The notes under the pieces were generated by a model that was given only the letters and a program-made list of their open reading frames with translations, was not told where the DNA came from and did no database searches. A stretch of 63,795 nt of DNA, counting the filler, from Chiloscyllium plagiosum (Eukaryota): the NCBI RefSeq assembly GCF_004010195.1. It is 3 parts of one record of this genome, joined end to end, with 100 filler letters (N's around TTAATTAATTAA, not from the genome) between each part and the next. Parts side by side here need not be neighbours in the genome. Positions count along the whole stretch, not along the records: positions 1 to 26,646 come from NC_057710.1; 2 more parts are not named here. One strand, given 5' to 3'. Shown piece by piece: positions 1 through 14,077 of the stretch. The translations under genes were made by a program, and so were the position numbers. The first letter of the stretch is position 1. The number at the start of each line of letters is the position of its first letter.

Positions 1-2570
1 TATTCACCTTATTGCAATTGTATTATAGACCCCCTAATAGTCAGAGGGAAATTGAGATACAAACTTGTAAGGAGATCTCAGCTATCTGTAAGAATAATAG
101 GGTGGTTATGGTAGGGGATTTTAACTTTCCAAACATAGACTGGGACTGCCATAGTGTTAAGGGTTTAGATGGAGAGGAATTTGTTAAGTGTGTACAAGAC
201 AATTTTCTGATTGAGTATGTGGATGTACCTATTAGAGAAGGTGCACAACTTGACCTACTCTTGGGAAATAAGGCAGGGCGAGTGACTGGGGTGTCAGTGG
301 GGGAGCACTTTGGGGCCAGCAACCATAATTCTCTGCGTTTTTAAATAGTGATAGAAAAGGATAGACCGGATCTAAAAGTTGAAGTTCTAAATTGGAGAAA
401 GGCCAATTTTGACGGTATTAGGCAAGAACTTTCGAAAGCTGATTGGAGGCAGATGTTCGCAGGTAAAGGGATGGCTGGAAAATGGGAAGCCTTCAGAAAT
501 GAGATAACGAGAATCCAGAGAAAGTATATTCCTGTCAGGGTGAAAGGGAAGGCTGGTAGGTATAGGGAATGCTGGATGACTAAAGAAATTGAGGGTTTGG
601 TTAAGAAAAAGAAGGAAGCATATGTCAGGTATAGACAGGATAAATCCTTAGAAGAGTTTAAAGGAAGTAGGAGTATACTTAAGAGGGAAATCAGGAGGGC
701 AAAACAGGGACATGAGATAGCTTTGGCAAATAGAATTAAGGAGAATCCAAAGGGTTTTTACAAATATATTAAGGACAAAAGGGTAACTAGGGAGAGAATA
801 GGGCCCCTCAAAGATCAGCAAGGCGGACTTTGTGTGGAGCCACAGAAAATGGGGGAGATTCTAAATGAATATTTTGCATCAGTATTTACTGTGAAAAAGA
901 ATATGGAAGATATAGACTTTAGGGAAATAGATGGTGACATCTTGCAAAATGTCCAGATTACAGAGGAGGAAGTGCTGGATGTCTTGAAACGCATAAAAGT
1001 GGATAAATCCCCAGGACCTGATCAGGTGTACCCTAGAACTCTGTGGGAAGCTAGAGAAATGATTGCTGGGACTCTTGCTGAGATATTTGTATCATCGATA
1101 GTCACAGGTGAGGTGCTGGAAGACTGGAGGTTGGCAAACGTGGTGTCACTGTTTAAGAAGGGTGGTAAAGACAAGTCAGAGAACTATAAATCAGTGTGCC
1201 TGACGTCAGTGGTGGGCAAGTTGTTGGAGGGAATCTTGAGGGACAGGATGTACATGTATTTGGAAAGGCAAGGACTGATTAAGGATAGTCAACATGGTTT
1301 TGTGTGTTGGGAAATCATGTCTCACAAACTTGATTGAGTTTTTTGAGGAAATAGCAAAGAGGATTGATGAGGGCAGAGCGGTAGATGTGATCTAAATAGA
1401 CTTCAGTAAGTCGTTCAACAAGGTTCCCCATGGGAGACTGATTAGCAAGGTTAGATCTCACGGAATACAGGGAGAACTGGCCACTTGGATACAAAACAGG
1501 CTCAATGGTAGAAGACAGAGGGTGGTTGTAGAGGGTTGTTTTTCAGACTGGATGCCTGTGACCAGTGGTGTGCCAAAAGGATCTGTACTGGGTCCTCTAC
1601 TTTTTGTTATTTACATAAGTGATTTGGATATGAGCATAAAAGGTTGCAGATGACACCAAAATTGGAGGTGTAGTGGAAAGCGAAGAGGGTTACCTCAGAT
1701 TACAACAGAATCTTGACCAGATGGCCAATGGGCTGAGAAGTGGCAGATGGAGTTTAATTCAGATAACTGCGAGGTGATGCTTTTTGGGAAACAAATCTTA
1801 GCAGGACTTATACACTTAATGGTAAGGTCCTAGAGAGTGTTGCTGAACAAAGAGACCGTGGAGTGCAGGCTTATAGCTCCTTGAAAGTGGAGTCACAGGT
1901 AGATAGGATAGTGAAGAAGGAGTTTGCTATGCTTTACTTTATTGATCAAAGTATTGAGTACAAGATTTGGGATGTCATGTTGCGGCTGTACAGCACATTG
2001 GTTAGGCCACTGTTGGAATATCACATACCATTCTGGTCTCCTTCCTATCGGAAAGATGTTGTGAAACTTGAAAGGGTTCAGAAAAGATTTACAAGGATGT
2101 TGCCAAGGTTGGAGGATTTGAGCTATAGGGAGAGGCTGAACAGGCTGGGGCTATTTTCCCTGGAGCATCATAGACTGAGGGGTGACCATATAGAGGTTTA
2201 CAAAATTATCAGGGGCATGGATAGGATAAATAGGCAAAGTCTTTTCCCTGTGATTGGGGAGTCCAGAATTAGAGGGTATAGGTTTAGGGTGAGAGGGGAA
2301 AGATATAAAAGGGACCGAAGGGGCAACATTTTCATGCTGAAGGTGGGAAGTGTATGGAATGAGCTGTCAGAGGAAGTGGTGCAGGCTGTTACAATTGCAA
2401 CATTTAAAAGGCATTTGGATGGGTATATGAATAGGAAGGGTTTGGAGGGATTAGGACTGGGTGCTGGCACTTGGGATCAGATTGGGTTGGGATATCTGGG
2501 TTGGCATGGCCGGGTTGGACCGAAGGTTCTGTTTCTGTGTTGTACATCTCTATGACTCTATGGCTCTATG
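1..2570 (+). mobile_element. CR1 LINE (family A), decayed ORF2 (endonuclease C-terminus + RT) and 3' UTR; starts before the window
   Basis: ORF pieces 12-344 (VMVGDFNFPNIDW, LDLLL, SNHNS), 348-1337 (KSPGPD, DWRLANVV, SQHGF) and 1863-2555 (LVRPLLEY, LERVQKRFTRML), separated by stops/frameshifts; ends in a (CTATGACT)-type tail at about 2549-2570. Confidence 0.95.
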
Positions 2571-3179
2571 TTTTTATAAGTACCCATTGCAAGATGGGCA
2601 AAAATGGCGCAGAATGATTCTCCACTCACTCTTGTAAATCACTGTGAAGAAGGCGATAACATGATCAATTTTAGCCTGTTCTTGTAGTTACAGTATGATA
2701 CTGGGTGGAGGGGACCTGTAGGTATCAAGATAAATGGTGATTATTACATGTCAGCTGACCATATCTTGCTTGAGAAATGAGTGGACTCCAATTGAAAATA
2801 ACAGAGAAGAAGAGGTGGGCCTTACCTCAGCTGTTCCATGAATGCGAGTTTAGCAAGTAACATGTGCACCTTATCGAAGCAGGAAGATGTTTAAATACAT
2901 AAATAGGAGCCCTTCATCACTTGTACACTCTCTGTCTATCTGGCATTAAACAATGTAATCAATGGCTTTTAAAGGTTTTTGTTCACAAAATTACATAGAA
3001 AGTATTCAAGTATGTTTGTGTGCCTAGAAATCCTCTTCTTGGATTTCCCAAAGAATCATCAATTCTACCAGTCCATTCAGTGATCATCCCAGGATTACCC
3101 ACTGTGATATCACTGAACCACGACAAAATTCCATCTAATACTGCTCCATTCCCAAATCTTCATTATACAATTCCAGTCC

Positions 3180-3970
3180 AGGCTTAGTTAAGGGCAAATC
3201 ATGTTTAATAAGTTTTTTTTCGCATAGTAATAGAGAGGCTAATTGTTGTTGACATGCATAAGCTTTTGACAAAGTTCCACACAACAGAGTTGTGAGTAAT
3301 ATTAACAATTGCAGAATAAAAGTGATAATAGCAGCATGGGGATGATTGGCTGGATGACAGGAAGGAGAGGAATGGTGAATGGATGGTTTCTCAGTTTGGA
3401 GGAAGGTTTACAATAGTGTTCAGAAGTGGTCACTGTTTGGGAGCCCCGCTCTTTCTTTTTATTAATGACATGGACCTCGGAGTTCAGGGCACACTGTCAA
3501 AATTGTGGAGATACAAAATTTGTCAGCATTTTGAACTGCAACAAGAATCTTCAGCAGGATAAGGACAGGTTGGTGGAATGGATAGACAGATGGTAGATGG
3601 GGCTTAATACAGAGATGTGAGATCAATCAATTTCAGTTGGCTGAACAAAAATAAAGAGATTTGAATTTTGTTTCGAATGCAGGAAGAGATGAACTTGGGT
3701 GTATAAGTGCATAAATGATTGAAGATAGCAATACAAGTTCATAAAGCAGTTAATAAAGCATACAATATCTTAGATTTCAACATTAAGAGTATTAAGGGTA
3801 AAAACAACAAAATTTGTTAAACTTGTATAAAACACTGGATTCAGTCTCATCTGGAGTACTGATGCTGAATTCTGAGCACCACACTTCAGAAAGGATACAG
3901 AAGTGTCAGAAAGGGCCATAAAAGAGTTCACATGAATGAGGTGTCAGTGATGAGAATCTTCGCTTACATA
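3180..3970 (+). mobile_element. Old, highly decayed CR1 RT fragment
   Basis: Remnants of GKSCL, KAFDKVPH (aagcttttgacaaagttccacac), LYKTL and LEY motifs; no open frame. Confidence 0.7.
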
Positions 3971-4019
3971 TTGCATTTATTGTGGGGCAGAAAATAAAAT
4001 CAGGAGATAGAAAAGACAT

Positions 4020-6055
4020 GTAAGAAAGGCACTTTTACAATCAACATGGGGGAGTTCAATTTCTAGGTGGACTGGGAAAATCAGGTTGGTAGCAGATTGC
4101 TAGAAAAGGAAATTGTGGAAAGTCCATTAGATGTTTTTTGGAGCAGCTTTTGGTAGAGCCTTCTAAGGAACTGGCAATTCTGGATTTGGTGATTTGGAAT
4201 GAGGCAGACTTAATTGTGAAGCTTAAGGTGAAGGAACCCCGTGGGGACAGTGACCATAATATGATAGAATTCACCCTGCAATTTGAGAGGGAGAAGCTGG
4301 AATCAGATGTAACAGTACTATAATTGAGTAAAGGTAAGTACAAAGAAAAGAGGGAGAAGCTGACCAGAGTTGCTGGGGTGAGGGTGGAGCATAGCAAGGA
4401 AGATGGTGGAGCAGCAATGGCAGGAGTTCCTGGGGGTATTTTTAGGAGGTACAGCAGAAATTCATTCCAAGGAAGACAATACTTACTGAGGGGAAGACAA
4501 GGCAATCATGGCAGACAGAGGAAGTCAGTGACAGCATCAAAGCAAAAGAAAAAGCATACAATTGGTGAAGATTAGTGGGAAATCAGAGGATTGAGATGTC
4601 TTTATAAAATGACAGAGGATACTAAAAAAGCAAGGAGGAGGAAGAAGATGAAATATGAGGGTAAACCCGCTAGTAAAATTAAAGAAGATTGCAACAGTTT
4701 ATTTAGATATATAAAAGGTAAGAGAGAGAGGCAAGAGTGGGCATTGGATTGTTGGAAAATGAGATTGGAGAAGTATGAATGGGGAACAAAGAAACAGGGG
4801 AGGAACTGAATGGATACTTTGCATCAGCCTTCACGGTGGAGGATACCAGAACTTCAAGATAATTAGGGGGTAGAGGTGGGTATTGTGCCAACACTAAGGA
4901 GAAAATGCTGAGAAAGCTGAAAGGCCTGAAAGTGGACAAATCACCTGGACCAAATGGATGACATCCCAGTGTTCGAAAGACGATAACTGAGGAGTTTGTG
5001 GAGGAATTGGTGGTGATCTTTCAGGAATCACAGGAGCCAGGGAGGATCTCAGATAACTAATAAATGGCTAATGTAACACCCTGTTAAAGAAGGGAGGAAG
5101 GCAGAAGACGGGAAATTATAGGCTATTTAACTTGATCTCAGTCACTGGTAAGATTTTAGAGTCTTTTATTAAGGATGAGATTGTGGGGTACTTAGAAGTG
5201 TGAGGTTAAATAGGGCTGCATCAGCACGTCTTCATCAAGGGGAGGTCATGCCTGACAAATCAGTTAAAATTCTTTGAAGAGGTAACAAATAAATTAGATA
5301 AAGGACAGCCAGTGGACATAATCTATTTGGATTTCCGGGAGGCCTTTGACAAGGTGCTGCATAAAAGGTTGTTAAATAAAATGAGAGCCTGTGGTGTTAG
5401 AGGCAAGGTACTGGATAGAGGTTTGGCTGACTGGCAGAAGGCAGAGAGTCAGGATAAAGAGGTTTTTTAGGATTGCAGCCAGTGATTTGCGGAGCTCCAC
5501 CGGCACAGTGTTGGGATCACAACCATTCGTGGTTTAGATTAACGATCTAGATGAACAACTGAGGGCATTGTTGCTAAGTTTGTAAATGATACAAACAGAG
5601 GTGGAGAGGCAGGTAGCGTTGAGGAATCAGGGAGGCTGCAGAAGGACTTGGATAGGCTAGGAGAATGGGTGAAGAAGTGGAAGTTGAAATACAATATGGG
5701 AAAGTGCGAGGTTATGCACTTTGGTGGGAAGAATAGAGAGTAGACGATTCTCTAAATGGGGAAAGTCTTCACAAATCTGAAGCACAAAGGGACTTAGGAA
5801 TCCTACTTCAGAATACTCTTAAGGTTAACATGCATGAAGGTGGTGAATCTATGATACTCTGCTGCAGAAGGCTGAAGAGGCCAAGTTATTGGGTATCTTG
5901 AAGGCAGAGATAGATAGTTTCTTAATTAGTTAGGTGATCAAACGCTACAGGGTGAAGGCAGGAGAATGGCGCTGAGGAATGTATCAGCCATGATTGAAGA
6001 GCACAACAGACCCAATGGGCTGAATGGCCTAATGCTGCTCCTATATCTTAGGATT
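4020..6055 (+). mobile_element. CR1 LINE, decayed ORF2 with internal deletion near 5835, plus 3' UTR
   Basis: LAILDLV...GDSDHNMIEF (4138-4323), KSPGP, AFDKVLH and CEVMHFG remnants; 3' end ggcctaatgctgctcctatatctta. Confidence 0.85.
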
Positions 6056-6057
6056 CT

Positions 6058-6330
6058 GTAGGTTGGAGAAATTGCAATTATCTTTGTTGGTGAAGAGAAG
6101 ATTGAAAGGAAATTTGACAGAGAAATTCAAAATTATGAGTGGTCTGGACAGAATAAATGTGGAACTATTCTTCCAACTCCCAGAAGGTTAAGAATCAAAG
6201 GGCATAGCTTTAAAGTGATTGGCAAAAGATGTATTGGTGATATGAAGAAAACCTTTTCAAGCAGAAATGTATTTGGATCTGGAATGTATTGCCTCAGAAT
6301 GCAGTGGCAATAGGTTTAACTGCAGCATTT
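6058..6330 (+). mobile_element. Old CR1 3' fragment
   Basis: RRLKGNLTE.FKIMSGLDRI and GHSFKV remnants. Confidence 0.6.
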
Positions 6331-7011
6331 GATTTCGATTTTATTGTCATGTGTACTCAAGTGCAAATGTACAGTGTAAAATATGAAGTCACCAAAGAAG
6401 GCGTTATCTTTGGTACAAGTATTTAGGTACAGAATCTTAAGAACAAGGTAGAAAGAAAGAACAAAGTTAACCATATAGTATAAAACACAGCTATATTTCT
6501 TTATTTTCTACTTAAAACTAAGAAAGTCTGTAATGTGCAACTTTTAAATTTATTTTGTATGTTTTATACAAACATTACAGTCTTTCTTCACTACATAACT
6601 ACAGTGGGACCATGCTTCAAGGAATCACCTCGAGAGTGGAAGTCCACACTGAGGCCACACTAGGCCGAGAGACGGAATTGGATTATCATCTGCCAAGGAA
6701 GAACGTGTATGGTGAAAGCATGGGAGAGGCGCTTGGTGAATCACCCTCCAGGATTCAGAAGGCCAGTACAGTCACGACAGGCTGAATAGCCACAATCCAG
6801 AAGGCAGGCATTCTGTGGTTCTGAGATTTTGAACTCAAAGAAAGAACAATAATCTAAATTCTCACATGATGGAAATAGCTCTACTGTTACTCAAAGAAAA
6901 TCGCTTACAGGAAACTAAGAAGCAGGTATTTTGTTGGGCAAAACACTCATTTGAAAATGCATTTTGTTTGTTTTTGTCTTCTTCCCTCACTACAATGGCT
7001 TATTTTGTGTG

Positions 7012-7120
7012 GCAATTCAAGATAGCAGCTCACCACCACCTTCTCAAGTGTAACTAGTGCTGGGCAATAAACCCTGGCTCAGCCAGCAACACCCACATTC
7101 TGTAAATGAATGACAAAAAT
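7012..7120 (+). mobile_element. LINE-B 3' tail fragment
   Basis: cagctcaccaccaccttctcaag...gggcaataaa matches the ends at 47090-47148 and 49460-49560. Confidence 0.6.
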
Positions 7121-7364
7121 CTGATAAACAATCCAAATTGTTCCTGGCTCAGAGTTTCATGTGAACTCATATTGGGAATTCAATAGGCCTACAGGACATA
7201 GTCCTATGGGCCCTAGAGTTTGGAATCTGATCTAGCTGTTCCTTGATTATGGGTGATGAAGCAGCCAATGTGATGATCAACCTGAGAGAGACCAACATGC
7301 ATCAGTAATTAATCAGTATGAGAGCAGATTCAAGTTCACTTTGAGAGCTGTTGCCTCGAGAGTG

Positions 7365-7680
7365 AATAGAATCATATGACCATAAAGGTCTATAGCATAG
7401 ACAAAGACCCTTTGGCCTATTGAGTCTATGCTGGTCATAAATAAAAACCTAACTATTCTAATCTCACTTAAGCTACAGCCTCAACATTGAAGTGCACATC
7501 TAAATACTTCTTAAATGTTATGAGGATTTCTACTTCTTCGATCCTTGCAGGCAGTAACTTCTAGACTTCCACACCCTCTGGGTAATTTTTTTTTCCTCAC
7601 ATTACCTCTAAAACCTCCTGCCTGTTGCCTTAAATCTATGTTTTCTGGTCATTGATCCCTCCACCAAGAGGAAAATGCTC
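7365..7680 (-). mobile_element. CR1 3' end fragment
   Basis: Reverse-complement similarity to the CR1 ORF2 end and 3' UTR of other copies in the window. Confidence 0.7.
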
Positions 7681-7689
7681 CACTGAACT

Positions 7690-8085
7690 GAGGGGAAGAT
7701 GATAGTGTATTGGGTAGTGTGAAGTGGTAATGTCACTGGACCAGTCATCCAGAGTATCAAGATAATTCTCTGAGGAAGAGGGCTTGAATCTCACGATGCA
7801 ATCTGCTGGAATTTAAACTCAAATAATAAGATCTGGAATGGAAAACTGGTCTCAGTGACCAATAAGCAATCTTGCAGTGCTGTAAAAACCCTCTGGTCCA
7901 GAAGAGTAGGGAAATAGAAACATCGATCAGGTCTACCTGTGACTGTAGACCCACAACAATGTCATTGACACTTAACTGCCTTCTGAAATGGCTTAACAAA
8001 ATACTCAATTCAAGGGCAATTAATATTGGCAACAAATTATAGCCTTGCCACCAATGTCCATATCCATGAAAGAATTAAAATAAAT
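7690..8085 (+). mobile_element. tRNA-headed SINE (SINE-B), decayed
   Basis: tRNA-like head (agtggtaatgtcactggacc...gggcttgaatctc); body homologous to 20430-20768, 47150-47485 and 58775-59103; LINE-B-type tail. Confidence 0.7.
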
Positions 8086-8289
8086 TGGTTTGGGCTTCTA
8101 ATCAGTGAGTTTGGTCATCATCCTATCAACCTCATTTTTCACTGAGGTAATATTGTGGTTTTACCATGAATGTTACACAAATTATGTGCTATGGTTTGAC
8201 TTTACAGGACAAAGCAACCTGCTTGATCACCACCGGTCCACAGTGGCAGTCATGGGTACCATGATAAACTGCAGTAACTCTTCAACATT

Positions 8290-8582
8290 CCTTTAATGGT
8301 GCTTTCCAAATCTATGACCTGTTCTACTTAAAGGAACAAGAGCAGCAGATGCATGGATCCATCACCAACTGCAAGTTCCCCATCAAGAGTCACACAATCC
8401 TGACTTGGAAAAATATCCTCTATTGTCATTGGATCAAAACCCTGGCACTCCAAAAGAAATGATACAATGCGGACTGAAGCTGTATAAGATTCGTTATCAC
8501 TTCAAGAACAATTAGGGACAGGCAATTAATGCTGGTCTTACCAGCAATTCTCATGTTCTTGACTGATGAATGATGAAAAAAC
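8290..8582 (+). mobile_element. LINE-B 3' end fragment
   Basis: Similar to 46915-47148 (gctttccaaatc...gcagcagatgcatgg...tcctgacttggaaa...aattagggacaggc). Confidence 0.65.
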
Positions 8583-9989
8583 AATAAAGACTAGCAATGA
8601 CAGGAATTAAATCTATGACTGAGTATGTTATAAGTGGATATATTTTGTCTATGAACAGGATTATCTTTTAGCTATGTGTAGTGGAGTATATAATTCAGTG
8701 GTATTGAAGGCTGCAATCAAATAAAGACATTTAAAAATATTTCTCACTGCACTGGTGGGATAAAGGAGTATATTTCATTGAATAAACAGTAACTATTGTG
8801 GAAAAGAGGTATTGGAGACATCTCAGAAACACAGGTTACAGAATCATCTGGTGAAAATACAGCATTTATATGTGATCACAATAATTTTTCATGCTGTAAC
8901 AATTGATAAGAAATGCAATAAAACAGAATGATTGAAATGTAGGAAGAATTCTGAAGCAGAGATGAAAAGGTTTGCCTTATAAGAACCAGTTCTAACTAAC
9001 TTTCAGTTGTCTTATATGTAGAAAAATTGCAACCTTCATTTTAATGTTGAATGTGAACTGTTTAATGACATACCTTAATTCAAATCTCATCATCTGGAAG
9101 GGCTTGAAATCTGGATTAAAATTTATTATACTCATGGATGGCTGCCACCTTGCTGAATCATTTGGGGTCAGACCTGCTGCAATAAGATCAAGATATTTTC
9201 TTTGGGTTAGCATGACACAAACATAGTAGGAGATTTCTTCTGTTTCTAGTGAAATTTTAAAAAAGCCAATATTATGACTGTGTATGAATTAACAAACTTG
9301 AGAAATCCTTCCACTGTATTTATAATGTTGCTTGAACATAATAGGCAGTGAAAATCTACTCCATAGCCTTTAATCTGACTAAATACTTTTGATGGTGTCA
9401 AAAATCAGAAACTTAAACAATAATTGTATTATCCAGCAGCCAGAGTAAAGAACCAACCCTGTGTTTTTTCAATTGGCACAAAATATTGCATGCAGAGCAT
9501 GTAATTACAAAATAAACCATGAGTCACACTGAGCTTTCCAGCTTGTGTTCATTCACAGGCTTTTAACATTTTGCAGTTTTGATGAAAATAATTAATTTAG
9601 TCTGTTATATTCATCAATCTATTCAAGCACAGCTGCTCTCAAAGTAACACTGTGAACTTAAATAATTCTTTCTGCACCTGTTATCTTGTCAATAGCATGT
9701 TTGTATTATACAAAGATTTTCTGATTTACACCCTGCTGAAATTAAATATGAATCATCCTATAATGAATTGAGAAGAGACATTCAGTGACTAACAAAACAA
9801 GCATTTCAATGAAAATGTGATCTGTTTTAGGACTGGTCTATTTCCTCCATTTTGAAATTTCATTGTCTCAAAACTCTTATCCAGGTTTGAATATTGTACT
9901 TTTGCCATTCAAGCACTCACTTCATATTTCAGCAAGACTTAAAGAAATGTTTCCTCAATCACCCCAAAAGTCCTTTTCCGCAGCAACTT

Positions 9990-10705
9990 GCCATACAAAT
10001 GCAGGAGATGTAACACCTGCCACTTTACCTCCTCTGTCTTCAAAATCTAAAGCTTAAACATTCTATTCAAGTAAAGCAATAATTTACATGTTCTGCTTTC
10101 AATTGAATCTTATGTATTCACTGCCAACAATACTGGAGATCAAAGACAGATTAAGTGATCATTTTGCAGAACAGTATTATTCACTCTCCAAGAACACGCA
10201 AGCTTCTACCATCCTTCTACTTTAATTCCACACTTTGCTGACATCTCCATCCTTGACCTGTAAAGCTCTTCCTTCGAAGGTCAATGTAAGCTTGAGGAGA
10301 ACCAGCTCATCTTTCAATTAGGTGCATCTTCTGGACATGATATTGAGTTCAACGTCAGATGGTAAATACTGTTCCCATATTTTGTTTCCTTTTTGTTTAC
10401 ATGCTTTAGATTTCCTCTTAATTTTATTTTCAAAAATTAAGCACACCATAATTCTCACGCTTTCTTTGATTCTGTATCTGTTTACCTGAACCCATTACCA
10501 TTCCATTTGACCCTACAAGACTTATAGATCTGGCTTTCAAACTCTCCTGTCTTCCATCCAATCACAAACCTTCATCCCACCCCCATCCCTTGCTCAAAAC
10601 CAATATGCGTCTAACTTCTCCCAATTCTGATATGATGCCATCAAATCATTATCTCCTCAGATGTAGCCTGACCTGCTGAATATTTCCTGCATTTTCTGTT
10701 CATGT
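9990..10705 (+). mobile_element. Old Penelope-like element 3' remnant (GIY-YIG region + pLTR)
   Basis: Decayed CNTC, FTC, TGDQR, DHFAE and KLEE.QLIF.LG motifs; ends gatgtagcctgacctgctgaatatttcc like other pLTRs. Confidence 0.6.
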
Positions 10706-10984
10706 CCCAAAGAAAGGTTGTCTTCCTGTAAGCCTGATTTCATCACAAAACTATTCAGGCAAAATTGGATCTACCATAATCAGTGTAAAGGGAAACAACA
10801 AACTTGTTATTAAATTGTACCTTTCATAGCCTTAGGATGACTTTACAACTAATAAAGTATATTTGAAGTACACTTACTTTTATAAGATCAATAAAAATAA
10901 TAACATAAACAAACAACATCAGAAAAAGAATTGGACAAAGGAATGATGACTTTGGCAGAACAGGTCAGTATGACTCTATGACCT

Positions 10985-11958
10985 TTCATAGAGTCATAGA
11001 ACCATAAAGATGTGCAGCATGGAAATAGATCTTTCAGTCCAACTTGTTCATGCCGACCAGATATCCTAAATAAACCTGGTTCCCATTTATCAGCATTTGG
11101 CCCATATCCTTTGAAACCTTTCCTATTCATGTACCCATCCAGATGCCTTTTAAATGTTGTAATTGTATCGGCCTCTACTACTTCCTCAGGCACTCATTCT
11201 ATACATGTATCACCTTCTGTGTGAAAAAGTTGCCCCTTAGGTCCCTTTTATATCTTTCCCCTCTCACCTTAAACTTGTGCCCCCTAGATTTGGACTTCCC
11301 GATCCTGGGGAAAAGCTCGTTTCTGTTTACTCCAACCATGCCCCTCGTGATTTTAAAAACCTCTATAATGTCACCCCTCAGCCTCTAACATTCCAGAGAG
11401 TTTAATCCCAGCCTAATCTGAATCTCCCTATAGCTCAAACCATCCAACCCTGGCAACAACCTTGTAAATCTTTTCTGAACCGTTTCAGGTTTCACAACAT
11501 CTTTCCGATAGGAAGGAGACCAGAACTGCGTGCAGTATTCAAAAAGTGGTCTCACCAATGTCCTGTACAGCCACAACATGACCTCCCAACTCTTATACAC
11601 AATTACTGGCCAATAAAGACAAGAATAATAAATGCCTTCTTCACTATCCTGACTATCTGACACTCCTCATTCAAGAAACTATGAACCTGCACTCCAAGAT
11701 CTTTGTTCAGCAACTCCTCCCAGGATCTTACCATTAAGTGTATAAGTCCTACCCTGATTTGCCTTTCTAAAATGCAGCACCTCACATTTATCTAAAGTAA
11801 ACTCCATCTGACACTCCTCAGCCTATTAGTCCATCTGATCAAGATCCCATTGTAGTCTGAGGTAACCTTCTTGGCGAGCCACTACACCTTCAATTTTGGT
11901 GTCATCTGCAAACATATTAACCATACCTCCTATTTTCACATCCAAATCATTTATATAA
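10985..11958 (-). mobile_element. CR1 family A 3' portion
   Basis: Minus-strand ORF pieces (YRTLVRPLFEYC, FKRHLDGYMNRK); tail catagagtcatag at about 10987-10999. Confidence 0.9.
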
Positions 11959-14077
11959 ATTCATCTACCTGCTCAACATTTTCTTCTTTCAGTTTTTCCC
12001 AGATTACTTGGGATTTCAACAATGCTGGTTGCTGGCCCACTTCCAACTCCTCCTGTCAGTCACACATTGGTTTCCAATCACAGTTAAATCTCTAGCCACC
12101 ACAACTTTCCACCTGCTGTTAGGTTTTCTTCCTCTCCATTATTCTTGCAGTCCCATCTCAATTCAGCTCCCTGTTCATATGGATTTATATTTCCACAACA
12201 GGTGTACCTGCATTACACTTAGAATATATCAAGCATTTTCAATGGGGTGACTGCATGTTGGAAAGTGAAAAATAATATCATGGAAGAATAATAATAATGG
12301 AGCTTACTGGTTTGTAATTATCAACAGTGACCAACCATTCATTGACTTTAACCAAGGATCAAAGGAGGGTGAGTGGAAATGTCTGACATGTCTTCTATTG
12401 TGCAAGTGGCATTGACTCCTTTTACATTGTTTAGTCAAGTAAGGTTATTACTCTTTTATTTTTGGCTGGATTGCTGTATGTGCTTTTGTTTTGCTGGCAC
12501 TGATTGCTTTGTACTGCTGCTATGCTATTCTCCATTTCAGCCAGTGTCTCCATTAACAAAGTGTGGGGCTCTCAGCCACCCTGCCAACCTAATCTATTTT
12601 CTTGGACCAGCTGTAGTAGTCACTCACATAAACGATTTCAACACCTTACAAACAAGAATGTGCCCATACTGTTCTGTGCGTAATTATGTGACTGTGCAGC
12701 CCTAGACATGAGCTGGATATTGAATCTTTCACCCATGCCATCACATCCATTTCTTCAATCATTGCAAAAGGAATCTGAGACAGTTTAGCAAGCTAAGCCC
12801 AGACATGAATCCTTTCATAGACAGCAAGTGAATTTACAGAATAAAAGGCAAACAAAGTTTACTTATTTCAGAATTGCTTGATTTTATTCACTTGTGGAAC
12901 GAGCTGCCTTCTTGAACCATTATAGTCCATGTACTGTGGGGAAACCAACAATGCCATTCAGGAGGGAATTCTAGGATTTTGACCTAGAGACTATGAAGTA
13001 ATGGCAATATATTTCCAAGTCAGGATGGTGAGTAGTTTGGAGGGGAACCTGCAGGTGGTGGTGTTCCCATGTAGTTGCTGATTTGTCCTGTTAGATGGAA
13101 GTGGTCATGGTTTTGGAAGGTGCTATTTAAGGATCTTTGGTGAATTTCTTCAGGGAATGTTGTAGAATGTACTGAGCATCGGTAGTGGAGGGAATGGTTT
13201 CAATTAAGCATTGTCCTGGATAGTGAAAAGCTTCTTGAGTTATGTTGGAACTCCACCTATCCAGGCAAATGGGGAATAGTCCATTACAATCCTGACTTGT
13301 GCCTTGTAGATAGTGAACAGGCTTTCAGGAGTCAGGAAGTGAGTTATTTGCCACAGTATTCCTGGCCCCTGATCAGCTCTAGGAGCCACTGTGTTTATGT
13401 GGTGAGTCCAATTGTGTTTCTGGTCAATAGTAACCCCCAGGATGTTCATAGTTGATAGCGGGATTCAGTGATGGTAACACCATTGATTGTTAAGACATGG
13501 TGTCTAGATTGTCTCTTATTGATGATGGTCATTGCCTGGCAGTGGTGTGGCACAGATGTTACTTGCCACTTTTCAGCCCAAGCATTTGAACATTGACTGT
13601 TTCAGTATCTGAGGAGTTGCAAATGGTGTAAATATTGTGTAATCATCAATGAACATTCCCACTTCTGACCTTATGAATGGAGGAAAGGATGAAGCAGCTA
13701 AAGATGGTTGTGCCAAGGTTACTATTCTGAGGAACTCCTGAAGACATGTCTGGAGCTGAGATGATTGACCTCCAACAACCACAACCAACTTTCTATGTAA
13801 CAAGTCTGACTCCAACCAGTGGAGAGTTTGCCCCCGATCCCCATTGATTCCAGTTTTTCTAGGGCTCCTTGATGCCACACTCTGTCGAATATGGCCTTAA
13901 TGTCAAGAGCTGTCATCTCACCTCGCTTCTGAAATTCTACTGTTTTGTCTATGTTTGAAACAAGTCTATAATGAAATGAAGAGCTGAATGGCCCTGGTGG
14001 AAGCCAAACTGGGTATCACTGAGCAGGTTATTGCTGAGAAGGTGCTGCTTGATACACTGTTGATGACACTTTTACTT

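Noticed and set aside
12373..12705. 110-aa ORF and similar short ORFs in unique DNA as host genes
   Set aside because: No recognisable homology or consistent exon chain; many other listed ORFs are antisense shadows of LINE ORF2.
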